In this document: in pieces, positions 1 to 11,945 of the stretch
How positions within the stretch are numbered: position 1 is the stretch's first letter
Layout of the letters: each line of letters opens with the position of its first letter
Assembly: GCA_028534125.1 (NCBI GenBank)
Contig: CM052817.1
Span: 63,490,001 to 63,554,000 of the forward strand
From: Lama glama
Lineage: Eukaryota
DNA: 64,000 nucleotides
Reading direction: 5' to 3'
Position numbers and translations under genes: made by a program
The notes under the pieces: model-generated
The model's database searches: none
What the model was told of the DNA's origin: nothing
Seen by the model: only the letters and a program-made list of their open reading frames with translations

Positions 1-891
1 AAAATTACTTACATAGATATTTTAAAATACAGTACTTGAAATATCAAAAATACAGTACATAGTATATTAAAAATACTATATGTATCTAAAATTCATCCTT
101 CAAATTATTCAGTATCTACTATGTATGAGACGTTTTGTCTTACCATGATTAGTAAATTCAATACTATTCACATAGAGTTTACATATTAAAAAAATCAGGA
201 GTGTCTTCTATAGGAAATTAAAACTGTCTTAAACCATACGAAAGACTACATACGGAAGAGGGATTGTACTAATTATGTATTGTCTCAGAAAAGAGACTAA
301 AGATCAAGAGACCTAGGCTAGGACTGGTAGGAGGGAGTAGAGAGGATAACCCTGTAGTACTTTTAATATCAAGGATTTGATTGACTCTATGGAAAATATT
401 ATCAATTTTTTATTGATTCAGCACACATTTATTGGGCACTTATACATCAGGATCCTTGGTACATACCAGGGGAAAAATAATATTCTCACATTTGTGCATT
501 CCTAATTTTTATTTCTAAAATTAACTTCTTGGTTCCCACTAATAAACATCTGTCGTCATTAGGCTGTGGGTGGTACAGAAGAACATATTTTTATTACCAG
601 TTTTATATAAGCTTCCTGCTATAAATTCACTTTCTTGAAATCAAAAACACTGAAGTAATTGTGTTGCCCATGTTAAAAGTGTCAAAGATACACTAAGTAT
701 GAAACATGTCACACAAAGGGCAGGAGACACTTTGAGTGTTCCTGGGTATGGCAACTTCTAATGACTCTTGTTATTCTATGAAGAAGATTTGGAAAATTGG
801 AGTCTCTGATACAATTTAATGCTTACCTACTTATCTAAATAAAATTCTAAATTACTTAATACATTTCTGGAAAAATAAAATCAATGAACAA

Positions 892-2360
892 GAGGTGGCC
901 AAGATGGCAGAGTAGAAAGACCCTGAACTCGTCTTCTCCCATGGACACAGCAAAATTAGAACTACTTATAGAGCAACTATCTATGAGTATAACCTGAAGA
1001 CTAGCAGAAAAGATTTTCCATGGCTAAAGACATAAAGAAGGAACCACAGTGAGATGGGCAGGAGGAAAACTCACACAAGTGTAGGCTAAAGAAAATGTTA
1101 CCAAACAACATGTTACCAAACAACCAATGCGTCATTGAAGAAATCAAAGAGAAAATTTAAAAAAAAACCAAAAAACTTGAGACAAGTGAAAATGCAAACA
1201 CAAAAATCTAAAATCTATGGGAAACAGTAAAAGCAGTTCTAAGAGTGAAGTTTATAGCAATATAAGCCTACTTTAGGAAACAAGCAAATTTTCAAATAAT
1301 CTACTCTTACACCTAAAGGGACTAGAAAGAGAACAACACCCAAAGTTAGTAGAAGGAAAGAAACAGTAAAGATCAGAGGGAAAATAAATGAAATAGAGAC
1401 TAAAATAATAATGGAAAAGACCAATGAAACTAAGAACTGGTTCTTTGAAAAGATAAACAAAATTGGTAAACCTTTAAACCAGACTCAAGAAAAAAGAGAG
1501 AGGCCAAATCATAAAATCAAAAATGAAAAAGGAGAGGTTACAACCCACATCACAGAAATACAAAGGCTCATAAGAAATTACTACAGTTATATGTCAATAA
1601 TATGGACAACCTAGAAGAAATGGACAAATTCCTAGAAATATACAATCTCCCAAGATTAAATCAGGAAGAAATAGAAAATATGAATGGACTGAATACCAGT
1701 AATGAAACTGAATCATTAAAAAAAAAAAAAAAAACTCCAACAAACAAAAGTCCAGGACCAGATGGCTTCAAAGGTGAATACTATCAAATATTTAAAGAAT
1801 TAACACCTGTCTTTCTCAAACTATTCCAAAAAAATTGAAGAGGAAAAGAATGCTTTGAAACTCATTCTTTGATGCCAGTATCATGCTGATATCAAAACCA
1901 GACACAAACACCACAAAAAAAAGAGGAAATTATAAGCAATATCACTGATGAACATAGATGGAATAGTCCTGAACAAAATATTAGCAAATCATGTTCAACA
2001 AAGCATTAAAAGGATCATACACCATGATCAAGTTGGATTTATACCAAGGATGCAATGAAGTTTCAATATCCACAATTTAATTGGTGTGATACACCACATT
2101 AACAAACTGAAGACTATAAACCATATGATTTCTCAATAGATGCAGAAAAAAGCTTTTCACAAAATTCAAAATTCATTTATAATAAAAACTCTCTACAAAG
2201 TGGTTATAGAGGGAACATACCTCAACATAATAAAGGCCTATGTGATAAACCTACAGCCAACATCATACTCAATGGTGAATAGCTGAAAGCATTTCCTCAA
2301 AGATCAGAAACAAAACAAAGATGTCCACTCTCGCTACTTTTATTCAACATAGTATTAAAA
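892..2360 (+). mobile_element. LINE-1 remnant: ~170 bp of 5' UTR joined to frameshifted ORF2 (post-endonuclease to early RT), 3' end missing
   Basis: Starts ..CCAAGATGGCAGAGTAG (L1 5' end, YY1-like). ORFs 1411-1614 and 1602-1838 give ORF2 peptides (WFFEKINKI, MDNLEEMDKFLEIYNLPRLNQEEIEN, KSPGPDGF). ORF2-like sequence stops near 2360. Confidence 0.93.
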
Positions 2361-2926
2361 GCAAATACTCACGTATATAGTATTTATAAATACTTATGTG
2401 GAGATCAGTAAGATTTGAACAGACAATTCACAGAAGAGGAACACACATAGCTATATCATTAGATAATCAAACTCTGTAAAATTTAAAAATAGAAATCAAA
2501 CAATGATGATTTTCTAGATTACTTGTATTTGAATATTTATTGTGTCACATACGTACCACACAGTGTGTAGCTGATTGGAATTTCAACTAGACATATTTGG
2601 TAAAATTCCTGCAATTATGTAATAACCTTTAGGACAAGAAGTAGCTATCTAGGTTCTTATTGCTGGGGACCACATTAGCAAAATGCCAGTAAACAAGCTT
2701 ATATATTTCCTTCATTATTTGTATGATTACTGCAAGTAGATAATATGGATGTGCCTCTTATAGAAACTTCAGATTCACTTTTAAGTGGGCTAAAAGGTAG
2801 TAAAGTACTGTATTATGTTTCTGAATAATCATTTGGCTGTGCGAGACATTGGCAGACTTTCTCTTAAATGCTAGATAGCAAACATTTTACATTTTGTAGG
2901 CCAGAGGATCGCTGCTGTGACTTTTT

Positions 2927-4209
2927 TTTTAAACATTTTTTATTGATTTATAATCATTTTACAATGTTGTGTCAAACTCCAGTGTTCAGCACAATTTTTC
3001 AGTCATTCATGGACATATACACACTCATTGTCACATTTTTTTCTCTGTGATTTATCATNNNNNNNNNNNNNNNNNNNNNNNNNNNNNNNNNNNNNNNNNN
3101 NNNNNNNNNNNNNNNNNNNNNNNNNNNNNNNNNNNNNNNNNNNNNNNNNNNNNNNNNNNNNNNNNNNNNNNNNNNNNNNNNNNNNNNNNNNNNNNNNNNN
3201 NNNNNNNNNNNNNNNNNNNNNNNNNNNNNNNNNNNNNNNNNNNNNNNNNNNNNNNNNNNNNNNNNNNNNNNNNNNNNNNNNNNNNNNNNNNNNNNNNNNN
3301 NNNNNNNNNNNNNNNNNNNNNNNNNNNNNNNNNNNNNNNNNNNNNNNNNNNNNNNNNNNNNNNNNNNNNNNNNNNNNNNNNNNNNNNNNNNNNNNNNNNN
3401 NNNNNNNNNNNNNNNNNNNNNNNNNNNNNNNNNNNNNNNNNNNNNNNNNNNNNNNNNNNNNNNNNNNNNNNNNNNNNNNNNNNNNNNNNNNNNNNNNNNN
3501 NNNNNNNNNNNNNNNNNNNNNNNNNNNNNNNNNNNNNNNNNNNNNNNNNNNNNNNNNNGATATGGCGGCTGTGCCTGAGCCCCGCCTCTCTTCCCCTGAA
3601 AAGTTTCCACGGGTTTTCAGAGGTGGGGGTATGCACCCTTCCCCCAAGAGCACATCAACCTTGCTGTTTTATGGAGGGCCCAGGTTGTTCTGTCCTGTAC
3701 ACCCACAGCCACGGCGCCCAGCCCCTTGCAGTCCCCCGGAGCTGCCTCCGTGCAGCCGCCCCCGTCCTCCGCCCGGCTTGTGCAGCCTGGCCCTGCCCGC
3801 CGCTGCCGGCCCGCGTTTCAGGCTGGGTGTCGGGGGGATGCTCTGTGCCCATTTAACTTAGTTCTGTCAGACCAGGGCTGCTCTGTACAGATCTGTGCCT
3901 CGGAGGCTCCCCCTCCGTCCCGCTGGCCTCTCATTTGGAGAGGGGAGACCCAGCGAGTGGGCGCCTGTCCTCCTTTGCCGCTCCCTCCCCACTGGACCCG
4001 TCCCACGCTGCTTTGCCTTTTGTTCTTTCTTTTTTCCTTTTCTCCTACCAGATTTTTGGTGTCTTTATCTTTTGAAGAGGGCGATGTTCCGTCGGAGTTC
4101 CGCAGGTGCTCTGGTTGGCTGAGTGGGTCTGTAGATGTGGGTCTTGGTGTATTTGTGGGAGAGGGTGACTTACGAGCGTCCTTTCACTCCGCCATCTTCT
4201 CGTCTCTCC
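2927..4209 (-). mobile_element. Young camelid-type LINE-1 with both ends present; body hidden by assembly gap
   Basis: Poly-T plus L1 3' UTR at 2922-3058; CpG-rich 5' UTR at 3559-4210 (minus strand starts GGGAGAGACGAGAAGATGGCGG). TSD ctgtgacttttt (2915-2926) / ctgcgacttctt (4210-4221). Confidence 0.88.
3059..3558. other. Assembly gap (500 N)
   Basis: Run of exactly 500 N. Confidence 1.
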
Positions 4210-4210
4210 C
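3559..4210 (-). promoter_or_regulatory. L1 5' UTR internal promoter / CpG island with YY1 site
   Basis: Most GC- and CpG-rich stretch of the window; CCGCCATCTT (YY1, reverse complement AAGATGGCGG) at 4189-4198 next to the L1 5' terminus. Confidence 0.75.
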
Positions 4211-4232
4211 TGCGACTTCTTGACAGTGCAGT

Positions 4233-4750
4233 TGTCAGGAAGGAAAACTTCCCCATAACCCTCTTAGATTTAGTATGTGGGGCCCTGTGAAGTAAACTGA
4301 CAAAAGACAGATTAGCAAGAGAAAAGACAGTTTACTCATGTATGTTCACAGGAGAGCTCACAGAAACCCCGTTAGCATGTGGAGTTATATACCATCTCAG
4401 TAGGGGAGGAGGTGGAGGAAAAAGAGCATTTATGGGAAAACAAGTGACTTTTTAGGAAAGATAAATGGGCCCTGAGGAGAAAAAATGGGAGATATGATAG
4501 TTTTGTGACAGTTTCTGTTTAGGTGATTTCTTGTTCCCATTGACAACTTCTTGCCAGTGATTGGAGTCAATCTTCCCTGGTTGTGAAACTCCAGGAAGGG
4601 GATTTATGACAGTTGAATTCCTTTGGGAGGCTCTGCTTTTTAGGCAGATAAAGGGAGTTCACAAAAACCTCTTCCTTCATTTATTGATTCTCAACTGTCT
4701 TCAACTCAAAATAATCCTTACACCGCAATGATATATTCTGGAACCCTTTA
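4233..4750 (-). mobile_element. Solo ERV1 LTR, MER34/MER39-like
   Basis: Minus strand starts TAAAGGGTTCCAGAATATATCA..AAGGATTATTTTGAGTTGAAG (MER34-type start); 4-bp TSD cagt (4229-4232) / tagt (4751-4754). Confidence 0.75.
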
Positions 4751-5084
4751 TAGTTTTATCATGAAAGCAATCATAGACAATATTTAAATGAATGAGGATG
4801 GCCATGGTTCAATAAATCTTTATTTACAAAGTCATTGGCTAAGGGTTCATAGTTTGCAGACCCTGCTGTAGACTTCTAGTAGTTCTAGAGACACATACTA
4901 AATATTGATAATGCAGTTAAGATTCATCTTGTTAACAAGAAGTTTTTTACTTAATTTCCTGTACTTAGTTTGTCAAGAGCCTTCAATATTATATTTCTAT
5001 AGTATTTATAATGCTGCTTTTGGAAAAGTAGGAAATAATAGCATTTAATTTTCGGATAATTAGATAATTATCTACTTGAATGAA

Positions 5085-5290
5085 CATAATTTTGGAAACA
5101 AATATAGCTCAGATTTTTGGCTCTGCCATTTACTTGTTGTGGGAAAATAATGTCTCCAAAACTCAGTTTGTTCATTTATAAAAGGGAAAGAATAGTATCT
5201 ATTTCATAGAGTTATTGTCAAAATTGAACAGAAAATACATAAAATAAGTTAGCACACTCCCTTAGTATATAGTAACTTCTAAACGACGAA
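5085..5290 (+). mobile_element. MIR SINE
   Basis: ggctctgccatttacttg..ctcagtttgttcatttataaaaggg..atagtatctatttcatagagttattg core. Confidence 0.8.
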
Positions 5291-7683
5291 TGGCTAAGCT
5301 GCTGTTTTTGTAGTTTATTGCGTATTAGTAAATAGAGGCTTTATTGGACAGACAATGAAGAAATGAGCATTTCAGTTGTACTGACATCCCTATAATAGAT
5401 TTGAAATCTGCACCTTGAAACATTCAATTTTAATGATGATAGTTACCACTTAAAAACTACATGCTCTAAATTTTATAACCAGGAACATATCCATATTATT
5501 TTGTTCAGAACTCTGAACAAAAAGCTACTCCTCAACCCTCTTAGATTCAGTTCCTAAGATGAAAGTACTGAAATCAGAGTACTGATGAAATAGACCCAAG
5601 TGCCAGTTTGAAAACGTTATCATTTGAAAGATACAGAAGAGTCTAAATTGGCATTATCGTAAGTTCAGGATCCTGACTCTTACGTCCTTTTGTCTGAACT
5701 TACTAGCTTTAGATAAGGTTGACTGGTGACTGAAAAAGAATAGCACATTAAACAGATTAGAATAGTGCATTGAATGGTTAAATTACAATATAATGAAGTA
5801 AATTGCTATCAAGCATGGGAGAAGCTGATGACATCACAGTCTCAAAACATCCTGTAACAGTCAAAAATGCTTTATTCATCCTTCCCTCTCATCAGAGAGC
5901 ATTGACAACCCTAATGACATCTGGGTTTCTTTCAAGCCAGTGGGTTTTGGACAGGGTTGAGAATTTTTTACTTTGGTTCACAACCCCAATTAGGAAAAGA
6001 ATTAGCCACTATCAGGGGATGAACAATTCTTTTCACAGAAGACTTCTTCTGAGTATATTTGAAATGCAAATGTTAAAACCCCTGAAGAAAATGAAGGCAA
6101 AATAAATAAATAAGCAGTGCAAGTGTTCTTAAGAGCAGCAGTAATTTATTATGAAGCAATTAGCCTTGCAAGAAGCTCCCATTTCTCAGTTTAGAATATT
6201 TCGGTCAATATTGAAAGTATAATTATAATAAAGGTTGAAGACACAGTGCAGTACTCAAATGTTAACCATTTACAAACAATTTGTCTTTAATGACAGACAG
6301 GAGAGCATCTAATTACATTCAACATTTCAAGAAAGGCTGACTATTTGCCGAACAGCTCTCCATTTGATTGCCTGTAAAGTGCAGCCCTGGGTTGTTAAAG
6401 GGAAAATAGAATTTTTGGCTCCAGGTAATTAACTTTCCTGCTGTTCCTTTCTTCGACCCTAATGAAGGCCCTTTGAAGTCTTCATTTTACCAATGGGTAT
6501 TTGTCAAGGCCAAAAAAATAATGTACAGCCCAAGTCCTTCAAATAATAGTTTTCTTTATCATTCCTCTGTAAAAATCTTTGAAATGACTAATGATGGCCT
6601 GAAAGGTGCAAAAGAGCAAGGCTCTCTGCTTGAAAGGTGGTCAGTCATCTGGAGGGCTGGGACAGGACAGCCTTGGAGAGGAAAGTGATACTGAGCTGAA
6701 GCAAGGTGGAGACGGATTATTTGAAATCTAGATACTTTCAACAAAGGCTCATTCTTCAAAGCATTGTGGAAGTGTAAAGGAGGAAAAAAGTATGAAAAGT
6801 AAAGATAAGTGAAAAAATTTAAAGCGTATTTTAAAATACATACATGATCACAGGAATTCTTTGTGGAGTGTGAATGGGCCTGTATTTAGAAGCATTTGCT
6901 TGAAATAGGAATAAGGGTGAGATCAGTCACAGAGTTGGCCTGCTGTATTTGTCTCAGAGATCACTAGATATCTTTCTAGCACTTCTTTTTCTCCTATGAG
7001 TCTAGCATTTATAGAATCCATTCGAAGAGAACTCAGAAGTGCAGCGTTTCTTGGACTCTTGATAAGCTGTCTGAATCAGGTGCCATTGTGCCACAGATTT
7101 CCTCAAGCAAGCCCCTTCCTTTATTAAGGTGCATGAAGAGACTTTGAATTACTGATTTGCTTTTGTTAAGACTTCCCTGCCTAGTTTCCTAAGTGGCCTA
7201 TTTGAGATGAGTTTTCTTAGAGCTGATAATGAGCTAATTCTGACACATTGTGGGGTCTCACATTCTGATATATGTATTGCAGATTATTCAGAGAAGAGAC
7301 AACCAGCATTAATGGAATCCTCACTGTGTGCCACATTACCACTGTGTCACTTTAACCTCCCAGCTTTTGTGAGGTTGAAGGGATAATCTTAATTAGTTAG
7401 TCTCCTCCTGGACTCACCCCTAGTACCCTAAACTTGATTTACTTAAACCATTACATAAACCACTCTCCCAACAATGTCTTTAACACTCAGTACAAATATG
7501 CTTCCAGCAAACTCACTTGGAAAAATCTATAAACGTTTGAATAATGGAACCATCTGCTTTCTCCAGTGCTTCACTCATAGCTTATTCTAGCTGTAGTATG
7601 TTCAAACGATGCCTCTAATCACTTGCTTAAGACTTGCTTCCCTTCTCAACATGCGAGTGTTCTTTAATTCCCCCACATGTAAT

Positions 7684-8067
7684 TGTCAAAAAAGAAGACA
7701 ACAGGCCCCAAACAGAGTCACTGAGCCGCACATCACCAAACTGAGACTTCAGTTGATTACAGTTTTGGCTCTCCCAGAAATGGAATCTTAAACCAGTCAG
7801 TGAGGAATCACCTGATCAGCACTGGTGAGGTAATCTTCCCAGTTACCTGCCATCCCCTAAAGGAAAGTATCCGTGCAGTAACCACTCTGCTTTTTTGCCT
7901 AGTATAACTTCCTTGCTCCAGCTCCCTTCTCCTACAAAAGTCTTTCATCTTGTACAGCTTCCCGGAGCTCCTCTCTATCTGCCAGATTGGAGCCTGCCCT
8001 GTTCAAATAAATTTTTGCTCAAGTAAACTCTTAAAATTTTTAATATGCCTCAGTTTATCTTTTCACA
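7684..8067 (+). mobile_element. Solo ERV1-class LTR (384 bp)
   Basis: TGT...ACA termini, perfect 4-bp TSD taat (7680-7683 / 8068-8071), AATAAA near 8006. Confidence 0.85.
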
Positions 8068-8642
8068 TAATACATCTTCTTGGATCTTACATTCTCCTCT
8101 AAGCATCATCTGATCTCTCCTTCACCAAAAAGCCTGTACATCAGAAAGAGTGCTAAACACATGCTGTCCCCATTGCTTCACCTGCTATTTAACTAGCCCA
8201 TTGAAATCTGATTTGTGTGCCTCACTGTCACATCATCTCTGGGCCTCTCTGCAACTCCATAACTATCCCTTCTAAAACCCTTGGGTCCCAAGATCTGATT
8301 TCTCCATGTTCTCCTGCCTTGTTGGCAGTTCCATCTCAGCCTCCTCTTCCAGAATGTTGTTTTTTCTGTATTAATAACTTGCATTCTGATATTTTCTAAA
8401 ATCATTCCCTGGCTTTTTTCTCTCCTTATTTTGACCTCTTTCTGGGGTCTCCTATGTTCCCTGATGGCATCCATTTTTGTGGTCAAAGCCAGACCTCGCT
8501 TTGAGGCTCTGGACACAGACTTTAAACTTGAATTACAGACCTAGTAAATCTCTTCTTAGATTTCTTGTCTTTCCTACCCGCCCCCCAGTATATTTCTCCT
8601 TTATTATTCACAAACCTAATTAATGACACCATCATCCACCCA

Positions 8643-9246
8643 TGAGCTAGTCTGGTAATGGCTGAAAGCTTAGAGATGACGAAGACTCAGCTTGTACTTT
8701 TCCACATTTTACTCCTGAAGCCACAATAAGAAGGGCAAAGTATACAAGTGGTAGACATAGGTCCCAATTTCTTCCTTGTCCTCATGTGAAGGAGTGCTCA
8801 AAATCTGGTGGGTTTGTTAGTTTGTTTACAGCACACATTTAGCTTGTTTTATTTGTTTTATGAGGGGGTGATAATTGTGTTTATTCATCTATTTCTATTT
8901 GGAGGAGGAAGTGCTGGGGAATAAACCTGGGACCTCGTGTACGTCAGGCATGCGCTTTACCACTTGAGCTATATGATCCCCCAAAATCTGGTGTTCTCGA
9001 CCACCCACAGAGGAAGAAATGCCTGCCAGGTCAGGGAAACGCAGAATTCCGGGCATACTGCCGCTCTGCATGTTGCTGCATCAGCACTCTGAAGCAAATT
9101 ATTGTATGAGAAGGCCGTGACCTCCTTGGGGTGCCTGCGCGTGAGCAGTCTTCCTAGATATATGCCCCTGCACCAGGCCCTAGGAGTTTTCTCCGTATGT
9201 CCTTCTAGGAGGTATTTGTGGACAAGCCTTGTCATGGCCCACCAAA
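8643..9246 (-). mobile_element. Probable ERVL-class solo LTR (family not identified) inserted in L2
   Basis: Interrupts colinear L2; 5-bp TSD accca (8638-8642 / 9247-9251); TG at left terminus; about 420 bp after removing the SINE. Orientation is inferred. Confidence 0.55.
8811..8981 (-). mobile_element. Camelid-type tRNA-derived SINE
   Basis: Minus strand GGGGATCATATAGCTCAAGTGGTAAAGCGCATGCCTGACGTACACGAGGTCCCAGGTTTATTCCCCAGCAC (A and B boxes); perfect 12-bp TSD caaaatctggtg (8799-8810 / 8982-8993). Confidence 0.92.
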
Positions 9247-10947
9247 ACCCAGTTACCTAAGTCAGAAAATGTACCCTTGCTTTCTCCCTCTCCCTCACCT
9301 CCTATATTCAACAAAGGATTAAGTTCACCCACTTTTATTCAGCAACGTCTTTTGTCTATCTATTCTTCCTTATTTCTGGTGCTATTGCCACCATCATTCT
9401 CAGATGAGATACTGCAAAATCTTCAACCTGATCTCTGCCCTCAATCCCTGCCCTCTCTCCCATCCATTCTCCACTACTGTCAGCATTAGCATCCTCCACT
9501 ATAAATATGATACTTCCTCACCCCTTCTCAAAAATCCTTCAATGACTCCTCTTCACCTTCAGGATAAACTCTAACCTCCATAACACAGCAACAGGTCCAA
9601 TATAAGCTGGGTCCTTTTGAGCCCTGAAATCTTTCTTATCATTGGCTTTTCTTCTCCTCTTCCTGCAAGGGATTTCCAGTTCCTCCAGCATGTGCTCTTT
9701 CCTTAACCTCCATGCCTTCTAATAGGTGTGGAATGCTGTCCCTTTCACTCCCACCTGCACCACGGCCCTCTTCACGGTGATGTTCACTTGTCTGACAAAA
9801 CTAATTTCAGGTCTACCCACATACCTCATCTGCAAGTCTTGGATTCCATTTTCATAACACATATAGACTCCAGCTGCTTCTCATACTAGTTCAGGTGACT
9901 GTGATCTCTCAGATAGATTCTTGCAAGTCTGTTGACTTCTGCCATTGCTTGCCCCATGGTGTATTCCCTTACACAGCAGCTAGAGGGACACGTGAAATTC
10001 TGTTATATTGTATTACTCCTCTGCTTACAACTAACAGACTCACTTAAGAAAAAGCAAAAATTCTCACAAGGGCTTTAATAGCCTACATGATCTGGTCTCT
10101 AATCACCTCTCTGATCTCACATGACATGTTTCTCCCAATCATTTTATGTAGGCAATACTGTCTTGTTTGCTGTTCCAACACACTCTGCCTTGGGACGTAT
10201 TTCTTCTGCCCAATCATTATACTGTCAAGTTTTTTATATATGCACACATATATATATATGCACATCTTCTGATGTATGCATAGATCCATATGTATGGCTC
10301 GTTCCCTCATTCCAAACGCTACCTTACAAAAACACCTTGTCTGATAACTCCAACTAAAAGAACAATCCTTCCTTCAGTATTCTCAATCTTCTTATCTCAC
10401 TTCCCTTTTTTTCACAGCATCTTCCAACGTGTCCTATATTTTGTGTTGTTTTTCTCTTCACTATCCCAATAAATATAATCTCCAGGAGAGGGACCTTCAC
10501 TATATTGTCCACTGCTGTATCCCCAAAACAGGGGATAATGAGTAAATGAGTGAACAGATGAAAAAGTAGATGGTTAGATGAATCTGTTGTCTTTCCTTTT
10601 GTGTCCTTCAGACACTATAGATTCCAAGTAAAAATGTATTATCACTTTTTTATGATTCTAAAGACATTTTGCTCCCAATTTTGAGATATTTGGAGACAAA
10701 AGGTATCACATTCCATAAGTTACTATTACCCAGTAACTTGTAAATACATGTTATTTGTTTGTTTCACTTCAAAGAGCTTACATTTCAGGAGGATGCCATG
10801 TTGGGAGACCAATAACACTTTACAGAGCAGAGGCAATCTTTAAATATCATTTTGCTTTTATTTTCTTGCCTGAATCATTTCTATTTTAGAGATAACCCCA
10901 GCAACAAAAATAAGACAGCTTAAACGTACTAGGTTTAACATACTAGA

Positions 10948-11388
10948 TGTTTTAGTTTCCTAGTACTGCCCTAACAAAGCGTCACAAACTGGGTGGCTTA
11001 AAGCAACAAAAGTTTATTCTGTCACAGTTCTGGGCACTAAAAATCTGAAATCAAGATGTTGGCCGTACCTGGCTCCCTCCAAAGCCACTAGAGGAGGATC
11101 TTCCTTGTCCCTTCCAGCCTCTGGTAGCCTCAGGTGTTCCTCAGCTTGCCGCAGCATAACTCTAATCTTTAGCTCTGTCTTCATGGCCATCTTCCATCTG
11201 TGCCTTTCTTCTTCTTATAAGGACACCAATCGTATTGGAATAAGGGCCCACCCTTCTCCAGAATGATCTCACTTTAACTAGTTACATCTGCACAAACTTC
11301 TTCCAAGTAAAGTCAAATTCTTAGATGTTCAAGGAGTCAGAACATTAACATATTATTGGGGGGGGGGGACTCAATTCCACCCGTAGCA
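10948..11388 (-). mobile_element. MaLR solo LTR (MLT1B/MLT1C-like)
   Basis: tgttttagtttcc..cacaaactgggtggcttaaagcaacaaaagtttattctgtcacagttctgg..ataaggacaccaatcgtattgga; TG..CA ends. Confidence 0.88.
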
Positions 11389-11434
11389 CCAGGGAAACAA
11401 AGTCTTATACATTTCCCTCCATTGAGGTTGTTCC

Positions 11435-11945
11435 TTTATTCATTTCACGGACATTTACTCAGCAACTGTTTTTTAATAGACGCAATGCTAGATTGTGAGC
11501 AACAAAAATGAGTTAGACCTAGTCCTTACTTAAAAGGAGGTATAGAAACAAACACTTAAAATGCCATTTTTAGATGTGATACCAGTGGTATCGATCAGAG
11601 TGCCATGGGGCATAGATTAGTGTGTGATTAATTCAGCCTGTGAGACCAAGCTAGCCATTACAAAGATAATTTTCTGAATTTAATATTAATGGAAGTATAA
11701 GAGCTAAGAAGGAAGAAAGATCAGAGGAGATCTTTCCAGATATGGGTCCATTCAACACATGTATATTGAGCACCTGGTATGTGCTAAACATAAGAGTTAG
11801 GTGCTGGCATACAAATATAATTTGGGTTGCTTTTAGGGAATACAGACATTAAATGTTTCTGTTTTATGGGATACTAATTTAGTGGGGAAGACAGAAAAGT
11901 AAACAGACAATCATAATCAAATGTGATAGGTACTATGATGGAGCT
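11435..11945 (-). mobile_element. Two L2 3'-end fragments
   Basis: attcattt..acatttactcagcaact and cattcaacacatgtatattgagcacctggtatgtgc: antisense L2 tails. Confidence 0.65.

Larger units (their letters stand above)
2845..4866 (+). mobile_element. MER58A-like hAT MITE, split by an L1 and an LTR
   Basis: Left piece ttggcagactttctcttaaatgctagatagcaaacatttt..gtaggcca; right piece gaaagcaatcatagacaatatttaaatgaatg..ctttatttacaaa..tagtttgcagaccctg. Both match the recalled MER58A consensus in order. Confidence 0.8.
7400..10565 (+). mobile_element. Fragmented L2 LINE (several pieces, interrupted by LTRs and a SINE)
   Basis: Pyrimidine-rich L2 motifs (aatgacaccatcatccaccca|gttacctaagtcagaaa; tccttcaatgactcc; 3' end ccactgctgtatcccc..taaatgagtgaa). 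Boundaries approximate. Confidence 0.7.

Noticed and set aside
2969..3861. Long ORFs (193-295 aa) on both strands
   Set aside because: Artefacts of translating through the 500-N gap.
3655..4223. GC-rich ORFs up to 165 aa
   Set aside because: They lie in the L1 5' UTR, where high GC suppresses stop codons; no recognisable protein.
8905..8981. tRNA gene
   Set aside because: The A/B-box head is followed by a SINE body, tail and TSD, so it is a tRNA-derived SINE.
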